Position numbers and translations under genes: made by a program. DNA of 64,000 nt. Origin: Bispira polyomma (taxonomy: Eukaryota). Location: contig OZ287748.1 in assembly GCA_965649765.1 (NCBI GenBank), positions 59,210,001 through 59,274,000 of the forward strand, read 5' to 3'. This document shows positions 38,101-51,581 of the stretch, one piece after another; the first letter of the stretch is position 1, and each line of letters starts with the position of its first letter. The notes under the pieces are model-generated. The model was given only the letters and a program-made list of their open reading frames with translations, did not search any database and was not told the DNA's origin.

Positions 38101-41100
38101 AAACTGGTTTATATCCTTATGCTACCAGCTATCGATCACATAAGCGGAGAAATGTAAAATTGTGTTTTAATAATTTTATATCTGTTTTGACCTCATATTT
38201 TCTTAATTTGTGTTAGATATAAGTTGAGTTTGTTCACTTTTGTAATTCCAATCGATCGGCCCTAAACTGCGGTCACATGTGTAAAATGGATGTGTTTTCC
38301 CCAGATCGATAATAAGAAGTGATCACTAATAGGAATGTGATAATAAATAGGTTTACTGTTACTGCTACCCTGTGCATTATCTTGTACTAATGTAGAGACT
38401 TGAGTATGTGACCGATTCATCAGTCACTGAATGCTTGTTTTGACAACTAGGATTGAAGCTCACCAGTGGTGTTTACCAACTCATGAAGGCCGGGGTCTCG
38501 AATGCTGCATATAAGTGGATGTTCTGCCTTCTATGTGGCGCTTGTATGTCAAATAAATAACAAATACACTTTTTGAAGGTACAAGTTCAAATTGAGGAGA
38601 CACCAAGACCACATTACTTTACAAACCCCCACCATTATTCCTAACCATTAAAACTTAACGTCAATGATGGTCATTCTATTAAATATCAAATTTAAGAAAT
38701 TTAAGTATAACATTTATACATTTATCGGAACCTTGCATCAAATGTAACAAGAGGAGAATGGCCTGGTGGCCATATCATGAGAATGCCTATCTTGGTTAAT
38801 CAATACACCAGACCAAGCTTCAACCATCCAACGAAAATATAAGGCGTTTTGGTTTCTATTGATATATTTTCGTTCATGGCTTTATAACTTCCTAAATATT
38901 ACCTCAATTGAACAGTACTTTTACAAATGCCATTTTCGTGTTTTTCTAATAATATTGAAGTTAATGTGCTGACATGAGGCATAATATGAGGCAAATTTCA
39001 AAAATATAAGCAAACGTTGCCAAATCCACCTGTTGGTAATTATCGAAACATCCTTCACCCAAAACTGACGTCATATATGTAACAGTACTAGATATGTACA
39101 CGTGTCAGCTGGGAAAAGTCTGCTGCCAAGAATATCAACTGGGAAACAGCTGGATAGTTTTTCCCGTTGCAACTTGGAGCCAAACAAAATAAACTCGGTC
39201 TTATCAGGGTTCAGCTTGAGTTTATTTGCTGCCATCCAGTGTTGTACATCGACAAGGCAGTTCTGTAAGGAGTTGAAAGCTGCCTAGGCAGAATCGGGTG
39301 TAAGGTGGATGTACAATTGGGTATCATCCGCATAGAAGTGAAAGTTTATGTTTTTGTATGCAGCAATGATCTTACTGAGTGGGGTGGTATACATTGAGAA
39401 CAAAATAGGACCCAGGACTGAGCCCTGGGGAACCCCAAATTTTAACCATGTAGGGTCGGACAAGATGGTGCCAATTTTGACCGATTGGAATCTATCAGAC
39501 AAATACGCCGTGAACCATTTAAGTGCAGTACCGTTGATACCAAACCAAGACGCTAGGCACTCAAGAAGAACTTTGTGATCAATAGTATCAAATGCCGCCG
39601 ACAGATCCAGCAGTACTAAGGCAGTAGGCATACCTTTAGATAAAGATATATGAACGTCATTTTTGATGCAGAGTAGTGCAGTCTCTCTAGAATGACCACT
39701 TCTGTACGCTGACTGATACTTATTGCATAGATTACTAACGTCGAGATGTTGTTTGATCTGTAAGGCGACCACGCGTTCAACCAACTTAGAGATATAGCAA
39801 AGGCCTGAGACAGGACGGTAGTTTTTCAAGTCAGCCTTTGGGAGAGAAGGTTTTTTTTATTAAAGGAGTGACAATGGCTTTTTTTAAATCATTTGGAAAG
39901 ACGCCATTGACCAATGAGAGGTTAAAAAGTTTGGTGATTGAGGACAATAAAATGTCAATACATTCCTTAACAAGGAATGTAGGCCACGGATCTAACAAGC
40001 AAGATTTTACGGGTGATGTAAGTATAATTTTCCTGACCTCATCAACAGTTACTGTGGAGAAACGGTTGAAGATGGTTGGTGGAGCTGATGGTAAAGGAGC
40101 ATTTGGGGCAGCTGATGTAAAACTATCACGGATTCTGGTAATTTTATCAGTAAAAAAAGTACTAAAAATGTTTGCCAGTGATTTACTATTGCTGTTGTCG
40201 GGTAATATAGTCTGTTTTTTCCGGTGCTGTTTAATTTCTCCCAGAGTTTCTTTGAGTCACCCTTGCTTTCTGTGATTATGTTGGTGTAGTATACACGTTT
40301 GGCATCATTGATGGTGTTATTGCACCTGGTGATGCATTGGCGTAGTCGCGACCTGTTTGCGGTAGTTTTGTTTCGGCGCCATGTCCGTTCAGCTTGTCTA
40401 CGCAGCATCTTCAACTCCCGGTACCTACCAGTGATCCACTCAGGTGCAGGCTTCTTCAATGTCTTAGACTTACACGGAGCATAGAGATCATACCAGACTA
40501 GGTTTGCATTCTCTGATTTTCTCAGTGAGTAGGGAACCGAATTTAATTTTGCAAAAAGTTTTAGAAAGTGTATAAATTACTCTTTATGGACATATTAATC
40601 GTTACTGGTAACTTCCTTGATTTTATATATATATTGGGTACTTCATTCTGACTCACAAGATTGAATAAAATCTTTGTGAATAAAATTAAAGTACGGAGTA
40701 AGGACACATAATCTTCGGAACATGTGCAGTGTGGTCGAAGTAAAACCATAAAGAAACAGTTTTTAGAGACGACCATTTTATATATTTTGAAACAATATTT
40801 TAAAATGTGTACATGAGTAAGTATAGGACGGAATTGAATTTTGTAAGCAGTTTCAAAAAGTGTATAAATTACTCTTTATGGACATATTAATCATTAAATT
40901 GTAGCTTTACTGGTAACTTTGTTGATTTTCAGAAACAGAAACGTAAGTTGTTGATATCACTTAATTTATTTAATAAAGACAGGAAATTGTGATGGAACCA
41001 AAGATATTTTGGAAAAATCATCTAATTTGCTTGACAATAGAAATGGACCCTTCAATCAAATCCGACGATCCCAAATAAATAAAATTTGAATCACTTCTAC

Positions 41101-44100
41101 TATACCCTATGTGCTTCACCTACAACACCAGGTGACCCCAGGTCACCACCACACAAAAAATCTCATCCCATGTGATACACACGATTATCCCGCAGGTAAA
41201 TCCACAGCAGGTACCAGTGGAGAGAACACCATCACCAGTTTTATCTCGGAAATATGGCTCATCACATACATATTTCTCCCAGCAATCATTTTGCTGTTTT
41301 CCACAATTTACCCCATACTACACCTTACCTCATTTTAACCTTGACATCGCATAACATTGCTGATGAGCCTCTTCAGTGAAACAGTGTCACACTACCTTGA
41401 TTTATAGACACCATCAATGTTGATCTTGTTTGTGATGTCACAGACAAGAGTGGTAACTAGTATTATGTCATCACCAACACTAGGTAACACTAGGTGATGA
41501 CAGCTTGCCAGATGTAATTTTCAATTTCATTGGCCAGGAGGATTTATTGTCCAGGAACACAAAACCGGCTCACTACAAGCCGTTTAATCACGTTCACGCA
41601 TCGAGCATCAATGTGAATTAGGAAGTTAAATGGTAAATTTGGCTCGTTACTAACTATACCCCATATGATCAAGCCAATTTAATTTTAAACCATCTAGAGA
41701 CAAGAGAGTCTATATACACTAAATATAAGAGCACAACTCCCTACAGATTCTGAGATTACCCTGTCGACAGAAGGTTACGATGGTTACCATGTTCTTCCAC
41801 TATAATCCCCACCCTACATCTTCATGGTAAAGCATGATGATGCAAACATTTTGTGAAAATTGGTCAAAGCTAAAATTGTGTATGCTGTCAATGTTGTATT
41901 ACTGCAGAATAAAATTTTCAGTTATGTCCATTCAATGTGGGGTACCTACTACACTGCAGACAAAGCCAGTGGAAGAGTGTACAACACAGCCACCACCAAC
42001 AAGTAAGTTACTAACAATGGAGGCATTAGGCAAGGGTGTTCCATAAGTGCATTGTTATTTCTTTTGGTAGCAGAGGTCATAGCTATAGTTTTAAGAGATT
42101 CAGATAATGTAAATGGTATTAATATTGGTCTAACTGAAATTCTTTATTTTAAGAATTCTACAGCTATGCAGGATTAAATCTAAATAAAGTCAAGACAGAA
42201 GCAATCTTAGTTGAAAATATAGAGGATGTTTCTGAAAAGATATGTGGTATTGCCTGTAAAGTTGGACCATTTAAAACACTAGGAATGTGGTTTTCCACTA
42301 ATTCTAAAGAAATATTTCAGTTAAACAGTAGACATAAGATACATAAAATTCAATTGATCCTTAATTGTTGGCAGTCCAGATGTTTACAATTAACGGTAAA
42401 ATCACAGTTTTGAAAACTTTAGTTATAATACACATTTATTATATTGTTTCTGTCTTTCCTTTAAATAAAACTTTATGTTCTCAACTTGATAAATTTTTTT
42501 TTTAACTTTCTATGGAGTAATCATAAACATCTAGTGTAAAAAAGGTTTCTGTAATAATAATAATAATGCTAAAAGGAAGTCTTTATCAGAACATCTGATG
42601 TGTATCAAACCAAAGCAGCTGTATAACAAACTACCTGTTTCAAATATTAAATTATTTTATTAAACTGATTTATTATACACTTGGTACAGTTTCATTGCAG
42701 CTTTACTTAGAAATGTAGTTGAAGTAAAACAAGAAAAATTGTGGAATAATACTGCAATCTGTATTGGAAATAAAATAATAAACATTGAATATGCGCATTG
42801 GTTTAACGCAGGTATTTGTTATATTGCTAATGTATTACAAGATCACCAGGCAATAAAAAGAAATAACTTCTAGTGCTAATATGCCTAACAACATTCCAAA
42901 ACTTTGTCTTGAGAACCTGTCTAAGTAAGAAGTAAACAGGTATATAATTACCTTGTACATAAGCATATGAAACCTCGAAATAGTCAAGATAAATGGCTTC
43001 AATATTATCCTTTTCTAGAAAATGTTGACTGGAGGAATATATATCCTTTAAGTTTTAAAATTGTGAAAGATACTTATATCCAGACTCTACAATATAAAAT
43101 TCTGCACAAGGTTTATAATTGTAATTTTAAATTCTTTCTTTGGGGTTTAGTTAATTCACCACTTTGTGACTGGTGCTCAGAAATTAACAGTCTTAAACAT
43201 TATTTTTACTATTGTAAGACTGTATCTGTTTTCTAAAAAAAAAGTTAAAAATTGGTTATCCGTTTCATTAGCTATAAATGTTGACGTAACTCTTTTAAAA
43301 GTTTTACTAGAATTTATCAAGTTTGATCCTAAAATTGTTTATGTTTTGAATTATGTGATATTGATGGGTAAATACTTTGTCAGCAAATTCAAACGTAATA
43401 AAAGAACATTTCTTTTCTTAGATGTTTTATTAATACTCAGAGATAAGCTATATATAGTAAATAATTAATACAAACGAGATGATTAAGTTGACAAGAACTT
43501 TGGGTTACTTTATGGTGTTATATAATCACAGGAATTCAGAAACATCAAACAAAGAAAGTAAACAACACTATTGTACAACTTATTGTGAGTAATGTTTTGT
43601 ATTTAATGCAAGTATAGATTTTTGAACATTTGTGTAATACTATACATTCTGATGTTAGACTGTGCATTCATTGTTGCAAGCATATCACTATGAGATTGTT
43701 TTTGTTTAATTGTAGATATAGTTTAACACTGTATCTATAATGGTTACTATAACTTGGTAATGTCTCATTTTTGTTGTTGTTGATAAATATTTACAACAGA
43801 AGGAAAAAAAGTAAGTTAACTGACACAAATGATTATATGCTCCACAAATAACAACATATTAACAAAGAATCTATTTTTGATGTACTTATGAGTCAGGAAT
43901 ATAGCTGAGACTACATGAACTCATTGTTGATTTAAATCTTAAAACAGTTATGTTGTAAGAAAGAAACTTTATGAAAAAGTAAAGCCTCTTTAGTTACTAC
44001 TTCAAGGTAATTGATCAAGTTTACATTGTATTTGTAAACAGTTCAACATTTTTCTAGTATTTATACATCACCTGTGTAAGTGTATTTGTGTGTACAAATG

Positions 44101-45700
44101 TGACAATTACCAATTTTAAACTTTAACTCCCAACCTATGTTTTTTCCACAGAATTCAGTGTGTGCTCAGATATTACCGTCAAGCGTAGTCAAGTCACCTT
44201 AGAAGACAGCTTGACCCAGGGACCGCACCCATGGGTTCAATGTACACATAAGAAACTTCACATGTGATAGGAATACAGGAGAACGCCCAAAACTTGTAGT
44301 ATGTACTTTTTGTGGCAGCATACTCTGTTATACAACTAAAGACGGCAATAAAACCACATTCTAAAACTGAAGCAGAATTTCTCTTCTCAATCATTAGGTG
44401 GGCTAATCCTGCACTTCTTTTTCTGAATTGTTATTGGACCAAGAATCAGCCTATCAGTGGAGAGGTATTTGTATAAATCAAGGGACAGAGAACTCATAAA
44501 CTCTCACTCTACATTTGGCATTGTTTAGGAAAGAGGTGAAATCCTAAATCAAAGTGGAAGTCAGGACATGTATGGAATTGTTGTGTTTCCTCGCTTTGTT
44601 TTGGGACTGTCATTATATATAAGCAAAGAAATATAGTAGAACTATAGGACTATTTTTTGAATACATCCGAACTTACCAAGCTACAGCCTCTAGTCCCCTT
44701 AGGTGGGATGAATCATCATGTACTAGAAGAGTAAAACTTAACTTAGGTTATTCTCAATAATATGTGTCAGTACAAAATCCTCATGGTCTTCCAGAGAATA
44801 TGTTTTCAATGACATTACTACAGCAATATAACATACAATATATTCAATATAATACATTCAATATGTCATCCACTGTGCTACCAACATGTACTACCCACTT
44901 GGTCAGTAACACACTCACTTAGGAACACAGAGGACCTGTCTGTTTCTATTCCAGACTAGGCTGACCAGGTATAGGCATATACATAGTGGCTTGAATGATC
45001 ACTTAAAATGCTGGTCATCATTAAGTTCTATACCCAGTGGCAACCTAAAGAACCTTATGGACATTGATAAATAGTGTCATCCTCAAGCCTCTGTCTTCAG
45101 TTAGGGGAATGACAGTTACTGGTTGGCTGTACTTGATTTACTGGGAGTTATGCAATTAGAGCCTATAAGTCCTATGGCTTACATTCATACTTTTTCAGAT
45201 AAATGTAATAAAACACATCTAAATATAGTAAATTTTAACATTGTGTAGTGCCACATTATAGCAGAATAAGAAGCTATGAATGCAAACATTGCTGGTAATT
45301 GCTATAATACATGTATTTGTAGATCTATGAGGATGGCTGTAAGTATGCAAACATTCTATGCGAGGAGAACTGGCAGACATCAGTGATTTCTGTGGAGCCT
45401 CAGATTTCTCAGATGTTCCTACACCTTACAAACAACGGGCAGCTCTCTCAGAAAATTATCTATGAAATAGATATCTTTTCTATTCGTGGTTAGTCAGGGA
45501 ATACATTTTTTTATATTTCAATTTGATTCAGAGGTCACACAGTTTTATGTAAAAGTTGCAAAGGCAAATTTTCTTGTTTTGAGGCATTAAACCCAAATGA
45601 TGAAGCTTTCCCACATTCCCTGATTATACCGGTATTCTGTTTGGCAATTGCAAATACTCAAAACTGTTTTGCCTTTAAAGAAGCAGAACATGTATATCTA

Positions 45701-45747
<47 letters not shown>

Positions 45748-48700
45748 ATATGTAAATCTGCAGTAGGAAAAGATAGTTCAATCAAATTCTACACCACCTG
45801 TATTGCACATAAACAGCCATAATATATGAAAGCCAGCTATGGATGTCAACTGATTTTCCATTAATCTTTCTATTTTCTGTAGTGCTGACAGTACAGTGTA
45901 ACTTGACCCCAGTTACTATTGACATGGTAAACAACTGTCCCACCACATCGGTGTCATCCACCCTGACAACTGACAGCATGTCCTCTACTACAGTAATATC
46001 AACTGGTCCTGACACAGTTCTACATCACACAACAACAGCTACCTCCGATGTGACTACCTCTTCAACAGGTACATTAAATAACACAGGTTTATCTGCAGGG
46101 CCCTTATTTCTTAAAGGTCTTAAACTTAAACTGCAAACACCGATTATAGTCAAACCTCATTAAGTACTTGCCCTTTTATTAAAAGGAAAATCTTATGTCG
46201 CACATACTTTAAGGCCTATTCTTTTGAAAGTCAAAAACCCTGTCGGATAGAAATCCTGCTTTAGGCTTTAGTAACGTAAACACAAAAAACAATTGCAGCT
46301 AAATCACGTTATGAAAGAAAAACTGCCTTGAACCTACACCACTTTTCTTATGAAGGCCTCCAAGTCCATTTTTAATGCGATTTTTACTTTATAAGTTGTA
46401 AAAATGATATAGGGTGAATTAAATAACAATTCAAGCTAAATTCTATAAATTTTAACATTGATTTTAACAATTTATCAGCAACAAATACTACATATAAGAA
46501 GGTGAAAAATTGTAAGAAAAACATGAATATTTGTCCAAGAACACCCTTCACAAACGTGACACAATACACATATAAAGAAGGTATCAATGCTGAAATATTG
46601 TACATGACTAGAAAAAGGAAAACATCAGCAATATTTTGAATGAATTCGTTTTTAATAAAAGCACAAAAACAGGGATAATTTTAGAAAAATATTAAAGTTA
46701 ATCTCTTCTAAACTTTGTATTCTTCGTTTATATAATGTAAGGAAACATATTTAACAAGCAATCAGTGACCGATAAATCGGTCACGTATTCGTTTGCTAAT
46801 AATAATAATAATAATATAATACATCAGACTTTTTTAACGCTTATTTTCGTTGTAACAAATTCTAAGGCGCAAAAAAACCACAGCCAGAGTCGAAAAACAT
46901 AGGTGATAGACAGAAGGAAGTTGTCATCAATGCGTCCACCGAGAATGGGAAAGAGACTATGGAGGGAATGCATCATTGAACAGATAGCTCTTTAAACTGC
47001 GCCGGAAGGAATACAGGGATGGAGCTGTCCTAATGTGTTGGGGCAAACTATTCCATAGGGTAGGGGCATTATTTGTAAAACTTTTATCAAAGTGAACCTT
47101 TGACCTGTGTACTTTGGACTTATATTTTGGAACAAGAAGAAATCTATTTTTGGGAGCGGCTCTCCTGGTGTTGACATTGCACGTGTAGTAACTCAAGTGT
47201 GGTTCAAAGTATTTAGGCAAACCTGAATCGAGAAACTTATATACTATTGTAGCAGTTTTAAAAACACACTGATACCTAACAGGGAGCCAGTGGAGTGACT
47301 TCAGAATCGGTGAAGCATTTGAAAGCTGAGCAGAACAACTGACCAGACGTGCCAATGAGTTCTGGATGCATTGCAATTTCTTTAGATCCTTTTTTAGTCA
47401 AGCTGCGATACAGTGAATTGCAGTAGTCCAGTCTGCTACCAACCAGAGCATTTGCTGCAGTTATTGCAACCGATTTTGGAAGGTACCTCCTGATTCTCCT
47501 GAGGTCTCTGAGACCCATGAAGCATGACTTACACACTGATTGGATATGACTGAAAAATGAAAAATCACTGTCAAACAAAACTCCCAGGTTCCTCACTTTA
47601 TCAGTTGGGGATAACAGTGTTTGCTAACAGTAATTATGTCGACCTATCAACCTAATGAACCTTTAGGCAATTTGCATCGAAATAAGATGAGAAAGCTTAT
47701 TTTGTTGTGATTTGTGAGCTTTTTTTTCATCAAAATCCGATGCAATAGATATTCAAGCTTAAATACAAGTAAGATTTTGAGGCCAGTTTTATTTTAGTAA
47801 GACCCGGAAGTGGGCAGAGCCAGGCTTTCTCCATGTATACGCATATATGACAACATGGTTGCAAAGACAAATGCGGTAAAATGTAGGCCAAATCCATGTC
47901 AAACAAGGTCACCAATTTAGCACCCTTATTAGAGTTTGTTCAACTCAACGACTGCATTATACTCGGAATTAAAGCGTGCCACTCCCAAAATCCACCCCAA
48001 AAAATAAGATTCATGGCCGAGACATCTCTGTCGCAACACAAAATCCATACCAACCCATCAATAAGTAAGACTAGCCTTGCTAGACTAACTCATTTAAAAA
48101 CATTAGCCGATTTTGTTGGAGACCAAAAAAAAGAAAGTAATTAATTTTGACTGGGGCGATTTTGTCTAAGTTATACGTTTAAGAAAAAATCCTTATTAAT
48201 TTTGACCAGAAAAAACAGCCATTTTTATTGTAATACTAAAAACCAGGGCTTTTAAAAAGGTGTACAAAATTTTGGTTCCCTTGTTCTTGGCTGTATGTAG
48301 CTAGTAATAATGTTGAACGATCTTGCCGCAGGTAAGTGCTACAATATGGGGACACAGCAGTTTTCTGGAATCGAGCTGAGATTTCCATTTTCTCATTGTT
48401 TCGAATTATTTTGTAAACGTGGACTCTAGAACTTTGTTTCATAGAACTCGCTGGGGTCACTTCTAAAATGTCTGGCGTAAACAATTATTCTTATATTGAA
48501 ATTACACATATTTGATAGTATAATACCAATAGACTTCATTACCATGTTTTAGATTAAAATTAACTCAAGCAGGATAATAATACTTATCAACACACTTATC
48601 CCAACATACACCCTCCACAGTAATAAATACAAATTCAACATCCCACACACATATACACCCTTGTCATTCCCAAACACAGCACAGCCCCCTCCCCTCCCCA

Positions 48701-51581
48701 TCCCCCACCCCAGTTTACACACACACATACTGCACACTTGTCCTCTTCCACACATAATTCTTTGTGTGTGAAAGAAGGTGTGCAGTGTGTGTGAAGACAA
48801 GGAAAGGCTAGAAAGTATAATATGTGACTATATATGTCAAACTCATGTCAGCGCAACCTAGATTTTTACGAATTTTTAAAACAGTTATTATAGTTTTTTA
48901 TTAAGAAAACGAATCGACTGCATTATCCCCAGAATTAAAAAAAAATACCTGGTAAGTATGGAGTTAAATTTTCAGGCCAATTTTACGAAAATGCTGTCAC
49001 AACACCAAATCTGCACAATCCCATCAATGAGTGAGACTAGCCTTGCTAGACTCACTCATTAAAAATGTAATTCATTCAAAACAATATACACGTTTTTTAA
49101 AGTTGTGTAGTTAATATAATATCTTTATTTATGCTTGATCAATACTCGTATTGTGTGACAATGGAAGGGGCTGTCTGCGAGAATTGTTTACAAAATATGA
49201 CGTTCCACCATAGATTTCAAACTGTGTGACGTCACAATACAAGTATCGTTATATGGCTGTTTAATCACTTTGGAAAGAAATATTAAAGTTTTAAATGGTA
49301 TTTGCATATAAAAATGGTTAAAACGGTCACAAAAGACATATTTTAAGGCTGCCGTAATAGCAACTTATGGTTAAACCATTTTCGTAACTGAGGTATAATT
49401 TACTGGCTTTGCATTTGTGTGTTTACGTTACTAAAGCCTTAAGTAAAAGTATTTCTCCTGGTCCTTTGAGATTCAACTTAATGGGATTCAATTGTATATG
49501 ATCAAATAAGATTTTACTATTTATGGCAATAAGACATGTTACCATTTATTTTAATAGAGCTTAAGTGAGGCACTCAAATATTGTAGATTTTTTTAACTTT
49601 TTTCATACACAAACATACACCAGGACACATTTTGAGATCATTGTGAGTTTAAGACATTTGATAAATATTACAAGCTCCGGTTTCTCTGTGCATGTGTGCA
49701 CTGCCATCAAATAACTAAATAATTCCCACTCAGACTAAAGTATAGACAAATACCTATGATCTAAACCTCATGGGATTGTCTGAAATGCATTATTTTTAAT
49801 ATGATTTCAAATTTGATAAGTCATTCAAAAGAGATAAGACCTCTTTATGTGGTCTATGATTATGGTTCCAGAGTCATCAGCAAAAGTTTTCAGATCTGAG
49901 AATGTTGAATTCAAACACATAGACTATTCCAGAGTGATATATGTCTTGGTGTTTTTTTTTCTCTAGTATCTAGCCTACACAGATGTGGCCTCAGGCAAGA
50001 TATTCTCAGTTAATGCTCACATATCATGTTTATTGAATCTAGTAGTGTTGTACCAAATCAGGCCCATCGTTTAAAAACAATTAAGTTCCAGTAAAACATA
50101 TACTAATGAGAACATCTCTGACTAACATTACTATTTTAGCAAGAATATTGTGGTTTTGAAAACGAAATATCACATGAAATAGGAAATATATTGAAAACTT
50201 AATAGTAACTTAGTAAAGAAGCCTTAACTTTTTGTGGCCATGGTAACTGCTGCAGTACCACTACTTTCGGTAAAAGTTCATCATAATATTTATGATAACT
50301 ACGGAAAATCAACTTTCACTGACATGCTACTTACTTCCTGACTGTATTTTGTATTTAAACTAGCTACTGGTTCAACTGCTGCACAGACAGGGGATAAGAA
50401 AATGAGCAAAGGTAACAAATACTGGTCAAAATGAACATTACTGACATGACATTCTACTTTAATGTACAAAAGAACCCCATTTATCCCACCTCCATTAGGA
50501 TTACCTAAAAAAGAACTGATGTGCCCGAATTTAAAGAACAAGTTTCTCACGACTATCAGCTCTGAACAAAACCCATGTCTCTCAAAATTTGTAAAATATG
50601 TCTCTATCATCAATGTATCAAAATTTGATTCAATGTTAATCTAGTAAATCTACTATAATTTTCCGTTCACAAACCATTCTGACTTGACCTTATTCTATAA
50701 ATTTATTAATTTGTCTCTATTAGTAACGGAATACAGTGGAACCCTGTTAAGTCGAATCTGAAGGGACCATAAAAATGTTTTCTAAAAACACAAATTCTAC
50801 TCAACAGGTAAATTTCAATTAAAATATAGCAACAGGGCCATTATAGAACTTCTACTCAATAGGTAATTCCACTTATCAGAGTTTTACATATAAGGGTTTG
50901 ACTGTATTTAATTGTAGTCCTCTTCACAGTATTTAGCCAAACAGCCATATATTGTCATGCAGACATGATGCAGTGGAATTAAACATCATCATTTATGGCA
51001 ATGCAAAATATAGTTTGTATAAAATACCAATTAGCAAATAGAAGAGGCTTTTAAGTGGAGCACAAAAACATAAATTTGGACAAATGGAAACAAGTTCATA
51101 AGATTGAATATTCTTAAAGTTTTGCTAACTCAGGTTTCATCAGAATCAATAGTGAACTACATTTTATCACATCCCTTTAAGTATGACTCGAGTTAAGGCA
51201 ATTTTCTATTTATTTTAAGAAATATTGTACCCCCAATAACTTCAAGGTCTTTTATTTGAGGATCTACCCGGTTTAGTGGAACTCCTGCTTAAGAAGGAGT
51301 ATTTCTCCTGGTCTCTTGAGGTCCCACTTAAAAGGGTTTACCTTTACTTCTGTTTTGTAGCTTTAAACATTGGTCTGATAGCTAGAAGGGTTGCCTTTTT
51401 GGTCTAATATTGAGGTTCTACTTCAAGTGGTTTACCTATACACACATGTATATATTGTTTTGTAGATTTGATCATTAGTGTGATAGCTGGCGGTATTGCC
51501 TTCCTAGTGTCTCGTTCAGTAGTGATTATAATAATAGCAGTCAGAAGAAAAAGAAAAGCGTTAAGAACTTGTTCTTTATAA
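35171..51581 (+). CDS. Gene C: type I membrane protein with two CUB-like repeats, stalk, TM containing Arg, short tail (exon 5 frameshifted)
   Basis: Exons 35171-35240 (MCVADLMYVIVIVVSGQHLASIH), 35916-36112, 36971-37148, 41922-42002, 44152-44298 (deletion/frameshift), 45323-45488, 45883-46068, 50364-50411, 51466-51581 (DLIISVIAGGIAFLVSRSVVIIIIAVRRKRKALRTCSL*). All AG/GT; exons 5-7 repeat exons 2-4; AATAAA at 51587. Confidence 0.7.
36196..36372. mobile_element. Tc1/pogo-like MITE (degenerate)
   Basis: TA-TAGTCTAACCC ... GTTCAACTA-TA ends; shares internal sequence with copies at ~46146-46260/49443-49495 and ~51270-51340. Confidence 0.45.
37656..38099. mobile_element. PIF/Harbinger-like MITE, young copy
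   Basis: Perfect 35-bp TIR GTGAGCGTTTCCATGCAGGCAACTTTCTGAGGCGA with TAA target duplication on both sides. Confidence 0.85.
39102..40490 (-). mobile_element. L2/CR1-group LINE ORF2 fragment (reverse transcriptase)
   Basis: ORF 39284-39829: NYRPVS, QSAYR, LLDLSAAFDTIDH, GVPQGSVLGPILF, FYADDTQLY; frameshifted upstream part in ORF 40049-40459. Confidence 0.92.
41020..41390 (+). mobile_element. Possible Penelope-like element remnant with degenerate hammerhead motif
   Basis: CTGATGA-GCCTCTTCAGT-GAAAC-AGT-GTC at 41360-41388, preceded by a C/A-rich tract and a weak W...TIPN..N end of a GIY-YIG-like ORF. Confidence 0.3.
42011..43808 (+). mobile_element. Tx1/L1-clade LINE, 5'-truncated and degenerate
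   Basis: GLNLNKVKTEA, FKTLGMWFS, QTLQYKILHKVYNCN...CDWC...HYFYYC; A-tail; TSD AAGTAAGTTA at 42001-42010 and 43809-43818. Confidence 0.85.
45703..45744. repeat. (AT)n microsatellite
   Basis: Perfect AT run. Confidence 0.95.
46264..49438. mobile_element. Kolobok-like non-autonomous TIR element with nested insertions
   Basis: 21-bp TIR GGCTTTAGTAACGTAAACACA ... TGTGTTTACGTTACTAAAGCC; TTAA on the right, TTTA on the left; splits a Tc1-like MITE. Confidence 0.65.
46800..47615 (-). mobile_element. L2/CR1-group LINE 3' fragment
   Basis: ORFs 47276-47596 (VRNLGVLFDSDFSF...ALVGSRLDYCNSL) and 46957-47376 (LHWLPV...APTLWNSLP...LKSYLF); (TAA)n tail at ~46800. Confidence 0.9.
50734..50904. mobile_element. 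Tc1/pogo (Tigger-like) MITE
   Basis: TA-CAGTGGAACCC ... GGGTTTGACTG-TA. Confidence 0.7.

Noticed and set aside
39102-47615. The two L2 fragments as one split element
   Set aside because: They cover nearly consecutive parts of ORF2 but are in the wrong order for the minus strand and overlap with different sequence (LFPADT vs LSPTDK), so they are independent copies.
49967-49994. Possible micro-exon of gene C after a strong polypyrimidine tract
   Set aside because: Would need a GC donor, breaks phase, and the peptide has no stalk character.
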